Shown: positions 48,119 to 60,702 of the stretch, piece after piece
Position numbering within the stretch: the first letter of the stretch is position 1
Layout of the letters: each line of letters starts with the position of its first letter
Assembly (NCBI GenBank): GCA_054600435.1
Contig: BAAIJX010000011.1
Location: 310,001 to 374,000 of the forward strand
Source of the DNA: Neophaeotheca triangularis
Taxonomy: Eukaryota
Direction: 5' to 3'
Length of the DNA: 64,000 nucleotides
The notes under the pieces: generated by a model
Databases searched by the model: none
What the model was told of the DNA's origin: nothing
Seen by the model: only the letters and a program-made list of their open reading frames with translations
Program-made: the position numbers and the translations under genes

Positions 48119-48845
48119 CTTATACAGTCAAACTATCGATCTGCATTCAGGTGGGGTTTCCGCAGATGTCCTGCGTATGTCCATGCGCTCTGCACGCTAT
48201 TCTTGTCAGGAAGCCCTCGGGAGAGGAAGAAGCATCACGATTTTCCAGCTCGTAAGTAGATCATCAATTTTGCCAGGCTGACAAGGCTGAAAAGCTCGGC
48301 TGCAGATGCCGAAACCCGGAACATGGACAAACTCAAAGATATCCATTTACCTCCTATCGCTTAGCAGAAGAAACAAAGTCCTCGAGCCATATCGTCGATA
48401 TTTGAGGTGCAATTGGTTCGCCAAGTCATACCGAGTAAGTCGCGACAATGACATTGGTAGCCACCTCCGTACGGCCTCATGCCTCTGTGCTTTGAAGCGA
48501 AATCATTGCGGTCAGTCTGATGTCATGAAGCTGAGATGATCTGGTATCGAGCCTGGAGGATCGAGTCGTCGCCTCCTGACAACTCACGCGTATCCATCCA
48601 AGATTGTTGCATGTCGGTGTCGTGGGTGTGTGTTGGTCGCCGTTGGCGAAGCCTGCGAAATGACGTTCATGGGTCCACACCCATATGGGGTCACGGTGGA
48701 GTATGGTGCGCTACCTGCCAGGCTGCCAGGAGTACAAGTACCTTCGATAGTCCTTTCAATCGTAGAATAAGCACACGCACCGCAGACACACATCAAACAT
48801 TTCTGATCCAACAAACAAATCCTCTACACACCCAATACAGCGATC

Positions 48846-49167
48846 ATGGGTCTCATGGACAAAGCCAAGGACGCCCTTCACAAGGCCGGCGACAAGGGCG
48901 GTGACAAGGGCGACAGCTCCAACAACAACGATAGCAACAGCAGCGGCGGCAGCGGTGGCGGTCTTGACAAGAAGGTGAACGATTTCACCGACAACCGTAA
49001 GTTGAGAAGTCCCGCCTCTTTGAAGAAACGATTCGCTGATGATGATATCTCAAGAGGTCGACAACGCAACCGACAGGGCGGGAATGGGCGACAAATATGA
49101 TGACCAGATCAACAAGCAGGTCAACAAGCAGACGACTCAGCAGTTCGAGAAGCAGGGATGGTCATAG
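48846..49167 (+). CDS. Small hydrophilic (hydrophilin/LEA-like) protein, 87 aa; intron 48997-49054
   Basis: MGLMDKAKDALHK...DFTDN|QVDNATDRAGMGDKYDDQINKQVNKQTTQQFEKQGWS*. GTAAGT donor, GCTGAT branch, AAG acceptor. Gly/Asn/Asp/Lys-rich with no Cys. Confidence 0.7.
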
Positions 49168-49893
49168 GAGAGTCGTCGGAGTATGGGGGATTGATACCAG
49201 GCGCGGACAGCTGCACACCAGCATGGCCATCCGCGGATAAGTCGATAGGGCTTGGTAGGAGGTAAACGGAGAAGCTGCCACTTATGATACCAGCTCGCAT
49301 ACCATTTTGACGATGCTCCTTGATGTATAAGCTTGTTCCCAGCTCTTGCTAATATTTCTACCCGCTGGATGTGTAACCCAAGCCTACGAGCTTGAAGCGA
49401 CCACCACAGAACGGTATCGGTAGCAGCAGTTCTACCACTACGTTTCTTGGCTTTGGCGCACGGTGGGCCGGTCATGGCAGGCTAGGTCGATTCTGCCTGC
49501 CCCTTGAATCACAATCTGCGAATGGTGCCAGCATTCGCAGCGCTAATAAATCCCGTTGGATGCAAAGTAGGCACCTAGGGCGTTGTAGCACGAGAGGTAA
49601 CCCCACGTTCCCGCCATGTCACCATCTGCTTAGTTTGAGTTCAGGAAAGCGGAGCTCGGAATGCAGCTGTTTCCGAAATTCCGGTAGTAGGACCGTAGGT
49701 ACAATGAACTTCCGGGGAACATGCTTCTATAAGTCCAGGAACGAGCCCGGAAAAAGATTGGATCGCAATGCGAACACTTTGCGCCCAAGGATTGAGAGCA
49801 CATTCTCGCAATGTCACGCTGGTATTTCTACTCGCAGCCCGTGAACAATTCACCAGGATAGCCGTCCAGTAGAGCCTTGAAATAGCTGGAGCC

Positions 49894-51077
49894 ATGTCTG
49901 CGAATGGTCCGCAGCGAACGATGTCTGACTCCGAGATCAAGGCAACGCCAAAGGCCGTTGCTATCAAGCCTACTGCAGTATGGACGCCTTTACCTCTTGA
50001 AGACGACGTCCCGCCACCCTACAACACCCCCCGCTTGAGATATGAGGTTACCCCGTTACATCCAACCTTCGCATGCGAGTTGAGGGGTGTAGATTGGAAC
50101 AAGCCAATTTCGCCGGAAGAGTACGAGGAGATACGGAGGGTGACTGACAAGGTGAGTGGGCCTTGGCCCTCGAACCCCTTGATTTGGCGTAATCTGACAG
50201 CTGCGCAAGTATGGAGTCGTCGTTTGCCGGACTACTGGACTTGACGATGAGAGCCACATTCAATTCTCGAGCAACTTTGGCGAGCTCGACGACGTCAAAC
50301 CATACGTGGAAGCTGGCAGGCCGAACCGCTTCGAACACCCCGAGATATTCGACGCCAGCAACATCGACCCAGTGACTGGCAAAGTGGCTCCCCTGAGCGC
50401 GGCACAGGTGATAGGCAACAAGGTAGCCATGCCGGTCCTGGTGATGAAAATGACACAGCTAATATATTGTGCAGGCTAACGAGCTCTTCCACGTCGACTC
50501 GTCATTCAATGGACGTAGGGCTGGGCATTCGCTCCTGCTCGCCCACGTCATACCTCCAGCCGGTACAGGCGGTGCCACGGAGTTCGCAGATAGTCGTACA
50601 GCCTATGATGACTTGCCTCGCAGTGTCAAAGAACGGATCGAGGGAGTAGTAGCTAATCACTCCCTCTTTCACTCGCGGAAAAAAGCAGTTCCCGAATTCT
50701 TCAAGGAAATCGACCCATGGAAATTGCCCTTGAGTAGACATCGGCTCGTCCAATACCATGAGGGGAGCAGTCGCAAAAATCTTTACATAGCCTCATACGT
50801 TCATCATCTCGAGGGTATGGAATCGGAAGAGAGCACCGCCCTCATCGAGGAGCTCATGCAACATCTCTCGAAGCCAAAATATCGAGTTACTATTGCTTGG
50901 CAGCAGAATACTGATATGATCATCTGGGACAATACTTGCGTGGCCCATCGCGCCACTGGGGGCACCTACGAAGGGAAGCATCCTCGTGACATGAGAAGAA
51001 CGACGGTAAAGGACATGAGTAGCTCCAGATTTGGACTGAATGGTGAGGGGGCGAGCTGGCGGGTGGGTCTGCCCTAA
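49894..51077 (+). CDS. Fe(II)/2-oxoglutarate dioxygenase, TauD/TfdA family; introns 50152-50209, 50423-50474
   Basis: PLHPTFACELRGVD, YGVVVCR, FGELDD, metal triad FHVDSSF...IWDNTCVAHRA, TEFADSRTAYDDL and RDMRRTTV. Confidence 0.92.
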
Positions 51078-51750
51078 AGTGGTTCTGGCAGCTTGGATTG
51101 CAAGCGTGTGCGCCCTCAAAATTGTCAACGATGGTGGTGGTGAATACCGGTGCACTACCTAGGTAGCGACAGCACGTTGCGGTGTTGGTCGCGAGAGTGG
51201 AGCAGCAATGTTGCCAGTGCATCTTGGTCTCGTGGTCTGTGTTTAGCAGCAGGTATTGCTGCGAATAACGGTAGAAAAGTTGATAGAAGAGAGCCCAGGC
51301 CTGAGGGCACGTTACGAACTTATTAGTACGATACGACAACAATTGGGTGGTGTTGCCGAACCTGCCGAATATGGCGGCGACGTTAAGATTGAGTTGCGGT
51401 AGGCAGCTGAATACGGTTAAGCTTCGTCTCAAACAGGTAAGGCCCCAGAAGCCACGCTCTTTTCGGATGTCGGCGGCCCGTGGTTGACTGTGGAAGTCTT
51501 TCCTCGACACTACTAACCGATGGATTGATGCGTGCCAATGATTATACAAGCATGTCGCTTCAAGACACTCTGACCCTGCACAGGGCTTAGTACTCTCCGA
51601 TCTACTTCTGTGAATCTGTAGCATCTGTATGCTCCTACGCAAGGCCGACACAAGCCAAGGCTGTTCATTTGCGCGTACATATCGACTGAGAGGGCGGAAA
51701 GTATACGTACGCCAAGAACCGAGAACCGCAAGGGGGAGGCGTTCAACAGA

Positions 51751-53878
51751 ATGCAAGACTCTCCCCCAGACGATCCGACACCGCCCGCAAAGCGATCCCG
51801 CGGAAAATATGCGACGAGGGCATGCCTTGAGTGCCGTTCCAGGAAACTTAAGTGTTCGGGCGACGACCCCTGCCAACGATGCATGAAGAGAAATCAACGT
51901 TGTGTATTCTCTGATGACCGAGCAGTGGCGGACATCCTGAAGCGCACACGTCAACAACTTACCGCCAGCGGCAATGGTAAGGTAGAGGGCGGAGCTACGC
52001 TCGATGCTCGTGTCGAGAGGCTGGAGCACGCCATGCAAGCTGTCGTGGAAAGGCTTGACGGCGAGAGTAACGATCGCATCGCCAGCGTTGAGGTCGATGG
52101 TCGGCCGACCAAGAGCTATCAAAACTATCAAGGTACGCTGCTTTGTGCCCTTGCCGTTGGTAAAAGTAGATCTGACGTGGTTACCAGGTGATACGGCTTT
52201 TCAAGCACCCATCGAAACCTTCAATGCGAGCTTAGCACCGGTAAAACAGCAGCTAGGACTCCCTCCGACCAACAGTACCAAGACATCGCCGAAATCCGCT
52301 ACTCATGGCCAACAGACGGCCGAACCAAGTCCAGGAATGGCTGAGCATAGAGATACCACTTCAAATGAAGCTGAAATCCGTATCGGAGCTAAAATCCTAC
52401 CATTTCCCCAAGTACACCAGTACCATTGGTATCTGAACTTCTTCTTCGATGACATAAACCTATGCCATCCTTGCGTAAACGAAACCGACTTCCGCTCACG
52501 AAGCGAAAGGATGGCCATGAGCTCTTCTCTTGATCGCCGAGACTCCTGTTTTTTGGCCCTTCACTATATCATCTTCGCGGTCGCCGACATACTGGTTGAC
52601 GTATCCACTCCGGATGACAAGCCACGTTCCCCTGGCTGGAAATGGTATTTGGCCGCGGACGAGCTGGTCGGCAAGCAGAAGATTAGTGGTCGAGGAGATC
52701 TCAGTCTGGTGCAATTCCTCATTTTCGAGGCATTCTACTTGACGCATGCTGATCACCCAGATGCTGCGTACAACATCTCCGGACTGATGTGCAGACTGTG
52801 TTTTCAATTCGGACTGCACCAACAGTCGCTATGGATCGAAAACTGTGACAGTTACGCGTTCCACATGAAGCAGCGAATATTCTGGGTGGCTTATTTTACC
52901 GACAGGCGAATATCGTTGAGCGTGGGACGACCACACTGCATGCGGGATTCCGATATCGAGGTAGACCTGCCGGCTTACATCTGCGACAAAGAGCTGGTGC
53001 AAGATGAGCCGCTGCCGCCTCCGAGCCCGGACCGATCCTTCATACCCTACCTAAGTTGTATGGTAGCATTCGCACGCTTTGGTGGCGAAATTTGGGATTC
53101 TATGTTTTCCGCCGGTCTGGCGAGAGTTGCACCCAGCGCAGAAACCATCGCCTTTCTCGATGCGAAGCTACTGCATTGGTCGTCGACTGTTCTACCTTCC
53201 GTACCTATTTTGCCGACCCATCTTCGGCCAGAAGTTCGACACTATCGCCAGGACAACCTCGTACGCTGCCGCATAAGTCACCTTCGCTTATTACTTCGAA
53301 GAAGGCTGATGGTTACGTTGCAACACGGCTCTCAGAATGGCCGCTTGTGCGGCGAGCTCGCAATTGATATTGTGCAGCGGGTTCTGCAGCACCACCGGGA
53401 TGCTCGGCAGCCGAGTTCGTTCCGTTTTCACATGGCAGTATCTCTCGGCGGCGCACTGATGATACTCGCAACCTTGCTGTGTCGTCCGTTGACAGAGCTC
53501 GGTCTACAAGACTGTCAAGCAGCCTTCGCAGACCATTTCCGCAGCGGCTATGCCTTGCTCCAAGAAGTGTCCAGCACGTTACAGGCCGCCAGACGCACGG
53601 TCGACGAACTCAAAGATATCACATCGGTGGTGATGACTCTAATTAACCAACCGACCGCAGCTCCACACCAGATGCCGATCAGCTACCCCCCAAACATGGA
53701 CAAACTCTTCGCCTACGGTCCGCTTGACTTTGTACCGCAGTCAGGCTATCCTTACGAGACATACCAGGTGGCTAACGGAAGAGATGGCGATGCCTACATT
53801 TACGATGGCTGGAACACTTTCGATGTTGCTACTGGTGGCGATTTACAGAACCCTGGGCAAGCCGTCGCTTGGCTATAA
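51751..53878 (+). CDS. Zn(II)2Cys6 transcription factor with fungal-specific TF (MHR) domain; intron 52133-52187
   Basis: ACLECRSRKLKCSGDDPCQRCMKRNQRC and RIFWVAYFTDRRISLSVGRP. Confidence 0.93.
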
Positions 53879-54332
53879 TGCCTGAGGCTGCGACTGCTTC
53901 ATTTTGTATTGATGAAAGAGCTTGGAGTACTCTAGCTCATACTGCGTGTTATATTCACATACTCTACATGTGCGAGTCGCGACCACCGACTTGATTGTCC
54001 TGGTGTAGTGCGCATTTGCTAACGTCGTGAGCACCATGATGTAAAAAAGCGACACACCCATGATACTGTTCGGTCTCCGATCTGGTGCAAAGATATCTAT
54101 GTCTCGTTGCTCACATCCTGAACTCAGCTATGGCAGGCATCTGACGATCATGCGGGGACCTTGACCTGTATGCGCCCCGTCGAAGCTGACCGGTGAAGCG
54201 CAAGCTGCACTTCGCATGACCTTGGCATACAGATCACTGCTATTTAAGGTCCCCTTTGAGTTAACATTCCTCCATCGACGTTCGATCCGATCTCGCTATC
54301 TACGGCATTTCGTAAGAAGTGGTCTTTCCAAC

Positions 54333-56230
54333 ATGAGAGTTCAGACGGCTACACTACATCTGCTTTCGACGCTATCGGTTCCAGCCTTGTCTTTGGGGCC
54401 CGAGTGGCAGCAGACGCAAGATTACGCCCACAGCAAAGAATGCAGATGCTTTCCTGGGGACCAATGCTGGCCTGATGAAGACCAATGGGGCAGTTTGAAC
54501 GAAACTGTGCAAGGCAGACTTGTTGCCACCGTGCCTCTTGCTTCGCCTTGTTACTACGGTGCATATGATCCTTACAGCAATTCCACTTGCGCTGCCTTGC
54601 AGAATGCCTGGATCGACTCGGAGATACAGTAAGGCGCCCATGCGCAAATGCTACTGGAGCCGTGGGCAAGCGTACTGATAGTAGTTAAGTTTCGAGGATT
54701 CTGCCTCAGTCATGGCTCCCTACTTTGCGAATCGGAGCTGCGATCCTTTCCTGGGTCCATCCGGCCAGTGCGTTATCGGAACCTACGTTCAGTATTCAAG
54801 TAAGTACCACCAAGCATCTTCCGGGCACAGTCAGCTCACAAAGGTACAGTCGATGTATCCTGTGCCGAGGACGTTTCCGCCGGGATAAAGTTCGCCAACG
54901 AGCATAACATACGCTTGGTCATTCGTAACACCGGACACGATTACAATGGCAAGTCAACTGGTGCGGGGGCTTTGGGCCTTTGGATGCATCACCTGAAGGA
55001 CATCAGCTTCACCGACCGTTGCGACGAGCATTACACAGGCAAGGCAATCAAGATGGGGGCAGGCGTTCAAGGTATCGAGGCCTACAGAGCGGCCGACGCA
55101 GAAGGTCTTCAAGTCGTCGGAGGCGAGTGTCCTACCGTAGGGTGAGTCTGAGCTGTCAAGTAGCCAAGGGCTAAATGCTAAGAAATTCCAGGCTTGCAGG
55201 TGGCTACACACAGGGGGGAGGCCACTCCTCACTCGCCTCGAAACACGGTCTCGCTGCGGACCAAGCTCTCGAATGGGAAGTCGTTACGGGCACGGGAGAC
55301 CACATGATCGCCACTCCGTCTCAAAACCAAGACTTGTACTGGGCGCTGTCTGGTGGCGGAGGGGGGACTTACGGCGTTGTGCTTTCATTGACCGCCAAAG
55401 CTCACCCTGACTGCATGATCTCCGGGTTCAACATGACGTTTACAAGCAGCAACATCTCGCAAGACGCATACTACGAGGCCATCGGCACCTTCCACGCATC
55501 ATTGGAGCCCATGGTCGACGCCGGCATCACGTCGGTGTGGTTCTTCACCAACGAAACCTTCACAATCTCCCCTTTGACTGCCCCCGAGATTAGTGTCGAG
55601 CAGCTCAAACGGTACCTAGCCCCTCTGGAGAACAAGCTGACGGAACTCGCAATCCCTCACACATCCCACTACGAGACTTTCCCGGGCTTCCTCCAATTCT
55701 ACGACGCCATGCAAGGGCCCATCGACGTCGGCATAGCACAATACGGCGGGCGTCTGGTCCCTCGCTCCGTGGTCCAAAAGAACAACACCGAGCTGACCGA
55801 AACCTACCGCTCCATCAACAAGCTCGGGGCGCAATTCATCGGCGTCGCGCTCGACGTCTCCAAAGCCGTCGCCGGCGGCGTTGACAATGCGGTCAACCCC
55901 GGTTGGAGAGACTGCCTGATCGACACAGTGATCACGACGCCTTGGAATTTCACGGCGCCTTGGGAAGAGATGCTCGCCCAGCAAGACCTGATGACGGACG
56001 TCTTGATTCCGAAGCTCGCGGCCTTTACGCCCAATGGGAGTTGTTATCTTAGTGAGGGTGACTTCAGGCAGCCGGATTGGCAGAGTGTGTTTTACGGGCG
56101 GAATTATGAGAGGCTGTTGAGCGTTAAGAGGAAGTATGACCCGTTTGATGTCTTTTACGCTACTACTGCCGTCGGGTCGGAGTACTGGGAGGTCGCGGAG
56201 GACAACCGATTGTGTAGAGCTGGAAGGTAG
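54333..56230 (+). CDS. Secreted FAD-linked oxidoreductase (BBE/VAO-like); introns 54629-54689, 54800-54849, 55142-55191
   Basis: Signal peptide, CRCFPGDQCWP, covalent-FAD motif RNTGHDYNGKSTGAG, GECPTVG|LAGGYTQGGGHS, WALSGGGGGTYG and the BBE tail FYGRNYERLLSVKRKYDP. Confidence 0.93.
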
Positions 56231-56521
56231 GCGATGTTGCGAGAAGGCTTCAGGGTCGGAAATCCATCTGTAGGCTCGCGCTCGTGAGGGCACAAAGGGG
56301 ATGGGGAGGGGGCGGTGATCAGAGAAAGTTCAACACTCTAGCGTTGTGCAATGTGGCGACGTTGAGCATACTAGTACAAAATGCTATCATCATTGATCAT
56401 GAAACCTCATCGCTCGCAGCCTGGTACTTCGCTCACAGTAATGAAAAGAAACAGCCAGCGCCAGCTTTTCGCGCCACAGAAGCAACCCATTAAAACGTTT
56501 CCCAATAAATTCTTCAACCCC

Positions 56522-57165
56522 CTAGGCACCCTGTCTCGCCTTCTCGGCGCAGATGAGCGCGATAATCCGACTGAGCTCTGCGCTCTGCGAAGCGTGCTCC
56601 TTGATGACCTTCTCCTCCACACCCTCGGTGTTGCTGAGCTCGGCCGTCGTGTCCAGCATGCGGTTCTGCAGCTTCAGCATCTTCTGTAGCGTGTTGTCGA
56701 GGAACGGGGCGGAGAAGGCGACGCTATCTTTGCTGCCGTTCTGCAGCCGCATCTCGAGTTTCCGCGGTGCCTTTTTCTTCTCCTCGGCCGTCTGTTCTTG
56801 CAGTTGCTGTTGTTGCTTGCCCGGTGGGGTTCTAGGTAGTGTTAGCGAGTCGGATCTCTTTCACATACATTCTCTCTCTCACTCTCTCGGCTGGCTTGGC
56901 CAGTCGGGTGGACGTACCTCTCGACGAAAGTGATGCTCTCGGCCATCTCGGCGACTCTGTTGGCTATCCTCGTCGCCATGATGGAGTAAGCCGATCCACC
57001 GCCCTCTGCGTTGCCGCCGGCCACGGAAGCTGCCTTGTTCGTGACGGGCGCTGCTCGGTTTGTGCCAGCTTTGGGCGGTGCGCGGGCAGCAGGCTTCTTT
57101 GCGGGAGCTCTGGCTGCTGGCTTCCTCGGGACGCCGTTGGCTTGCGGTGCTGATTTTGTTGCCAT
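56522..57165 (-). CDS. Hypothetical protein (Ala/Pro/Lys-rich N-terminus, helical C-terminus); intron 56832-56917
   Basis: ATG in an ACAACA context. The GTACGT..GCTAAC..TAG intron joins the two ORF-track fragments in frame. Confidence 0.7.
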
Positions 57166-57324
57166 TGTTGTCGTTTGGTATATAGGTTTAGAGTTAAGGC
57201 GGTCGCGTGGTGTTGGCCGATTTAAGGGCTTTTGGCCGTTGGAGCTTATTGGGAGGGGGGGAGTGTGGCGTAGGCAAAGAGGCGATTGTGTTGGAGTGCT
57301 GTGTGCGAGAAGTGAGAGAGAGTA

Positions 57325-57326
<2 letters not shown>

Positions 57327-57358
<32 letters not shown>
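57327..57358. repeat. (GT)n microsatellite
   Basis: About 15 GT units. Confidence 0.9.
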
Positions 57359-57359
<1 letters not shown>

Positions 57360-58110
57360 AAAGAGGGCAATACCTTATCAAAGCAGGAGATTACCAACAA
57401 GACGATACCTCGACGATCGGCAAAGGGGCTGGCTCGAGTCGAGATGAGTACGCAGTGGAGGTCGGGTATCTGCTCCACACATGACGCCTCATCTATACCT
57501 TACGCTACGTCACATGGCCAAAGGTTTGGCCGTGTTGTCGGCTGTGGCTTGACCTGCTTTTTATGTGGGCAGCGGCGCGAAAAGCAGGGCAGAGAGTACC
57601 TAGTACTAGTAGTGGTAGAAGGTAGACAAGGTAGACCGGGAGAGTATCTGCTAAGGTCTGTACTACCACATACTAGGGAACCTTCTAGACTCTCGGTTGT
57701 GGCGTCAGGAGCTCTTTATCATAATCTCTGTGGCTAGGTAGAGCACAAGACAAGGTAGAGAGCTTCCAGGCAAGTCGTCCGCGTGTGTACTCACTCATTC
57801 ATGTTGATCATATCCACCCACCCACCCAACCCACATCCATTGTTATTGTTGTCATACTCACACAGGCCATGGCATGCATGTAGCGCGTACCAAACACAGC
57901 ACGTTTTTGAGTAGCACCGCCATGTGGACGACGTCAAGGTCGTGGATATCTGCTTTGTTTTCGACCTAAACAACCCGACACGTCGACTGTGCCAGAGCTC
58001 CCTTCCGTCCGAGTAAATGGTCAAAGGACGTTACATAGTACTAACCTAGGTAGACTTCAAACCGGACTCGCGCACGCCATCCTCAACGTGAGAGGGAGAC
58101 TGCCAGAATA

Positions 58111-60045
58111 ATGCCAGCATCCAACAGGAACGCAGGCATGAGCCTGACCAAATCTGGGACCGACAATCCGAATCCCATCCAACATGGCGGCATCGGTCAA
58201 GCTGAAAGAGCATTCTCCGCCGCATCGACTTTCCTCTCTGGCGTAATGGCCATATCGGCGTCGCAGTTCATAGGAGCACCTCTCAAATTGGTCGACCCAA
58301 AGTTCTACGACGGGTACATGGCATGGACCAAGGAGTCGTTTGCCGTTCTCGTCACCACCATGACCCAGTGGTGGGCGCCGACAGTTGTCCGCGTGAGTGG
58401 CGACGAGAGCATGAAGGGGCAGCTCTACCAAATGGAGGACGGCACGCTGAAATGCAACTTCCCCCATCGCCTCGTCTTGATGGCAAATCACCAGCTCTAC
58501 ACCGACTGGCTGTACTTGTGGTGGATCGCCTACACCAACAAGATGCACGGTCGAATCTACATCATCCTCAAGGAGAGTCTGAAGAGTATACCCATCTTCG
58601 GCTGGGGAGCGCAATTCTACAACTTCATCTTTTTGAGCCGGAAATGGGAGACTGACAAGTTCCGGTTTCGCAACGCTCTGAATCATCTCAAAGATCCGCA
58701 TGATCCGATGTGGCTGTTGATTTTTCCAGAGGGTACCAATCTTTCGCAAGTCACAAGGGACAAGTCTGCCGCTTGGGCGAAGAAGACCGGAGTCCAGGAC
58801 ATGAAGAATCAGCTACTCCCACGACAGACTGGCTTGCAATTCTGTCTGCAAGAGCTGAGGAGCACCACAAATTGGCTCTATGACTGTACGATTGCTTACG
58901 AAGGCGTGCCGAAAGGCATGTACGGTCAGGACATATTCACGCTCCGCTCGTCCTTCTTCGAAGGCAGACCACCAAAGTCAGTCAATATGTATTGGCGGAG
59001 GTTCAAGATTGCCGATATTCCTCTCGACAACGATGTAGCCTTTGGCAGATGGTTGACAAATCGTTGGAGAGAGAAAGACTATATCCTTGAGTACTTCAAC
59101 AAGTACTCGCACTTTCCTGACGGCAACGCCATGCAAGCCCTACAGGCAGCCGAGGGGAAGAGAAAGCCTAGTCACGCTCGCTTCATAGCAAGTGAAGTCA
59201 AGGGGGGTGGCTGGGACGAGTTTCTAGGAATATTTGGCCCCATCACTACCGCGGCCGGCGCATTGCAGGCAATGGACCTCACCGAGCCCTTGGATTTTGA
59301 CAACCTAATGGCCAAAGTCGCCCAACAACAGACCATGAGCATGCTCGGTTTGGGCAAGGGCTTGCCAATGCCAGCAACAAGCCAAGAAGCCATCCGCAAC
59401 GCCTTGAACGCCGCACAGAAGCAAAAGGCTTTGCCCAAACCCATGATAGACCGACTGACCAAGAACCCACCGACATCACCAGAAGAGATGGTGCGGCTTC
59501 TAATGACGACAAGCCCACCGCAAACGGCCAGAAAGGTCGCCAAAGCCGCCAGTGTCGACGGCGCCAGCATGGCCCCCATGAACACATCACAGCAAAAAGC
59601 CCGTCAACAAGCTCTCCGCGACAATGGCAGCCCCAAAGCAAACAGCATCCCCAACCCCGGGCCGAGCGTCAAGAAAGCCATGCCTCTCGCAAATATGGAA
59701 TCCATGGTCACCCGCCCCTTGAGCACTATGGCCATGCAAACGGCAGCAGGACAAGTCCGAAATGTCGCAGCCCAGCGGACGAAAGCGACGGGCTCGCCAC
59801 TGCCGGGGCAGGATGCTGCAGCTGCGAAATCTACCGCTAAGCCCGCTGCAAAAAGACCCACGCAATCTGCGCCCGCCAGCAGAGCGCCTTCGGTAATTGG
59901 CGTGCCGCCTTCAAAACCTCCCACAGGCAAGCAGGCTGCGGCGAGTGGTGGTGGTTCCGCCAAACCTGCTACGAAGGCGAAGCAGGCGAGTGCCGGGTCG
60001 AGGCCTGTGGGAACGCAGAAGTATGCGGAAGGCAAGAAGGTATGA
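58111..60045 (+). CDS. Lysophospholipid acyltransferase (PlsC/AGPAT, Cst26-like) with long low-complexity C-terminal extension
   Basis: NHQLYTDWLYLW (HX4D), ILKESLKSIPIFGWG, FIFLSRKW, IFPEGTNLS and LYDCTIAY. Confidence 0.9.
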   Translation: MPASNRNAGMSLTKSGTDNPNPIQHGGIGQAERAFSAASTFLSGVMAISASQFIGAPLKLVDPKFYDGYMAWTKESFAVLVTTMTQWWAPTVVRVSGDESMKGQLYQMEDGTLKCNFPHRLVLMANHQLYTDWLYLWWIAYTNKMHGRIYIILKESLKSIPIFGWGAQFYNFIFLSRKWETDKFRFRNALNHLKDPHDPMWLLIFPEGTNLSQVTRDKSAAWAKKTGVQDMKNQLLPRQTGLQFCLQELRSTTNWLYDCTIAYEGVPKGMYGQDIFTLRSSFFEGRPPKSVNMYWRRFKIADIPLDNDVAFGRWLTNRWREKDYILEYFNKYSHFPDGNAMQALQAAEGKRKPSHARFIASEVKGGGWDEFLGIFGPITTAAGALQAMDLTEPLDFDNLMAKVAQQQTMSMLGLGKGLPMPATSQEAIRNALNAAQKQKALPKPMIDRLTKNPPTSPEEMVRLLMTTSPPQTARKVAKAASVDGASMAPMNTSQQKARQQALRDNGSPKANSIPNPGPSVKKAMPLANMESMVTRPLSTMAMQTAAGQVRNVAAQRTKATGSPLPGQDAAAAKSTAKPAAKRPTQSAPASRAPSVIGVPPSKPPTGKQAAASGGGSAKPATKAKQASAGSRPVGTQKYAEGKKV

Positions 60046-60702
60046 TCTATGAAGGGCTTGGTTGTAGCGTTCAGCAATATCGTATGTAATGTATCGACTA
60101 CCTAGTCAGCCCTTCTCAGTCCTGCGTTGGCGATAGTTCCGTGGTCTTCGTGAAGGTCGATCACGAGCGATCTGGGCCAGACTCTCTCATGAATTAATTC
60201 GGTCACACTCGGTTGCGTATGTACGGGGTACTACTGCATGTGCACGTGATTACCTTACACACCCTGTCAAAGGCGACGCAACGCGATCAGCGCTGACAAT
60301 GGTGATGATGATGATGAATGCTGGCACGGCCGGGCCCAAAAGTTGGCAGACGGGACGATCTCTGTGGCGTGTGGCACCAGTTGCGCGAGAGCTGTCTCCA
60401 CTACCAGGGTAGGTACCGTACCTTACCTATGAAGGGGAGGTATGCGCCGCTGCTTGTGGCTGCCGAATCCAACGTCATCCGACATCAGCTCTCCCGAGCT
60501 CTGGACCATGGACTCATCCCATCTTCACGAGACTACATATCGTAGAGCTTTTAGATAGTCAGAAGAATTCTAAACAGTCAATCAATTGAGACATCCAGGA
60601 AGCAAGCAAGAAAGGCTTTCTTTTCAGTAATTCAGGTCTCACAATCGTTCCCCAGTCCTCCCATTCACGTACTGCCACCGCGCAGTCTTCCAAGCCGCGA
60701 AA

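Noticed and set aside
50920..52131. 403-aa minus-strand ORF
   Set aside because: It is antisense to the dioxygenase end and the TF start, and has no recognisable motifs. Treated as a shadow ORF.
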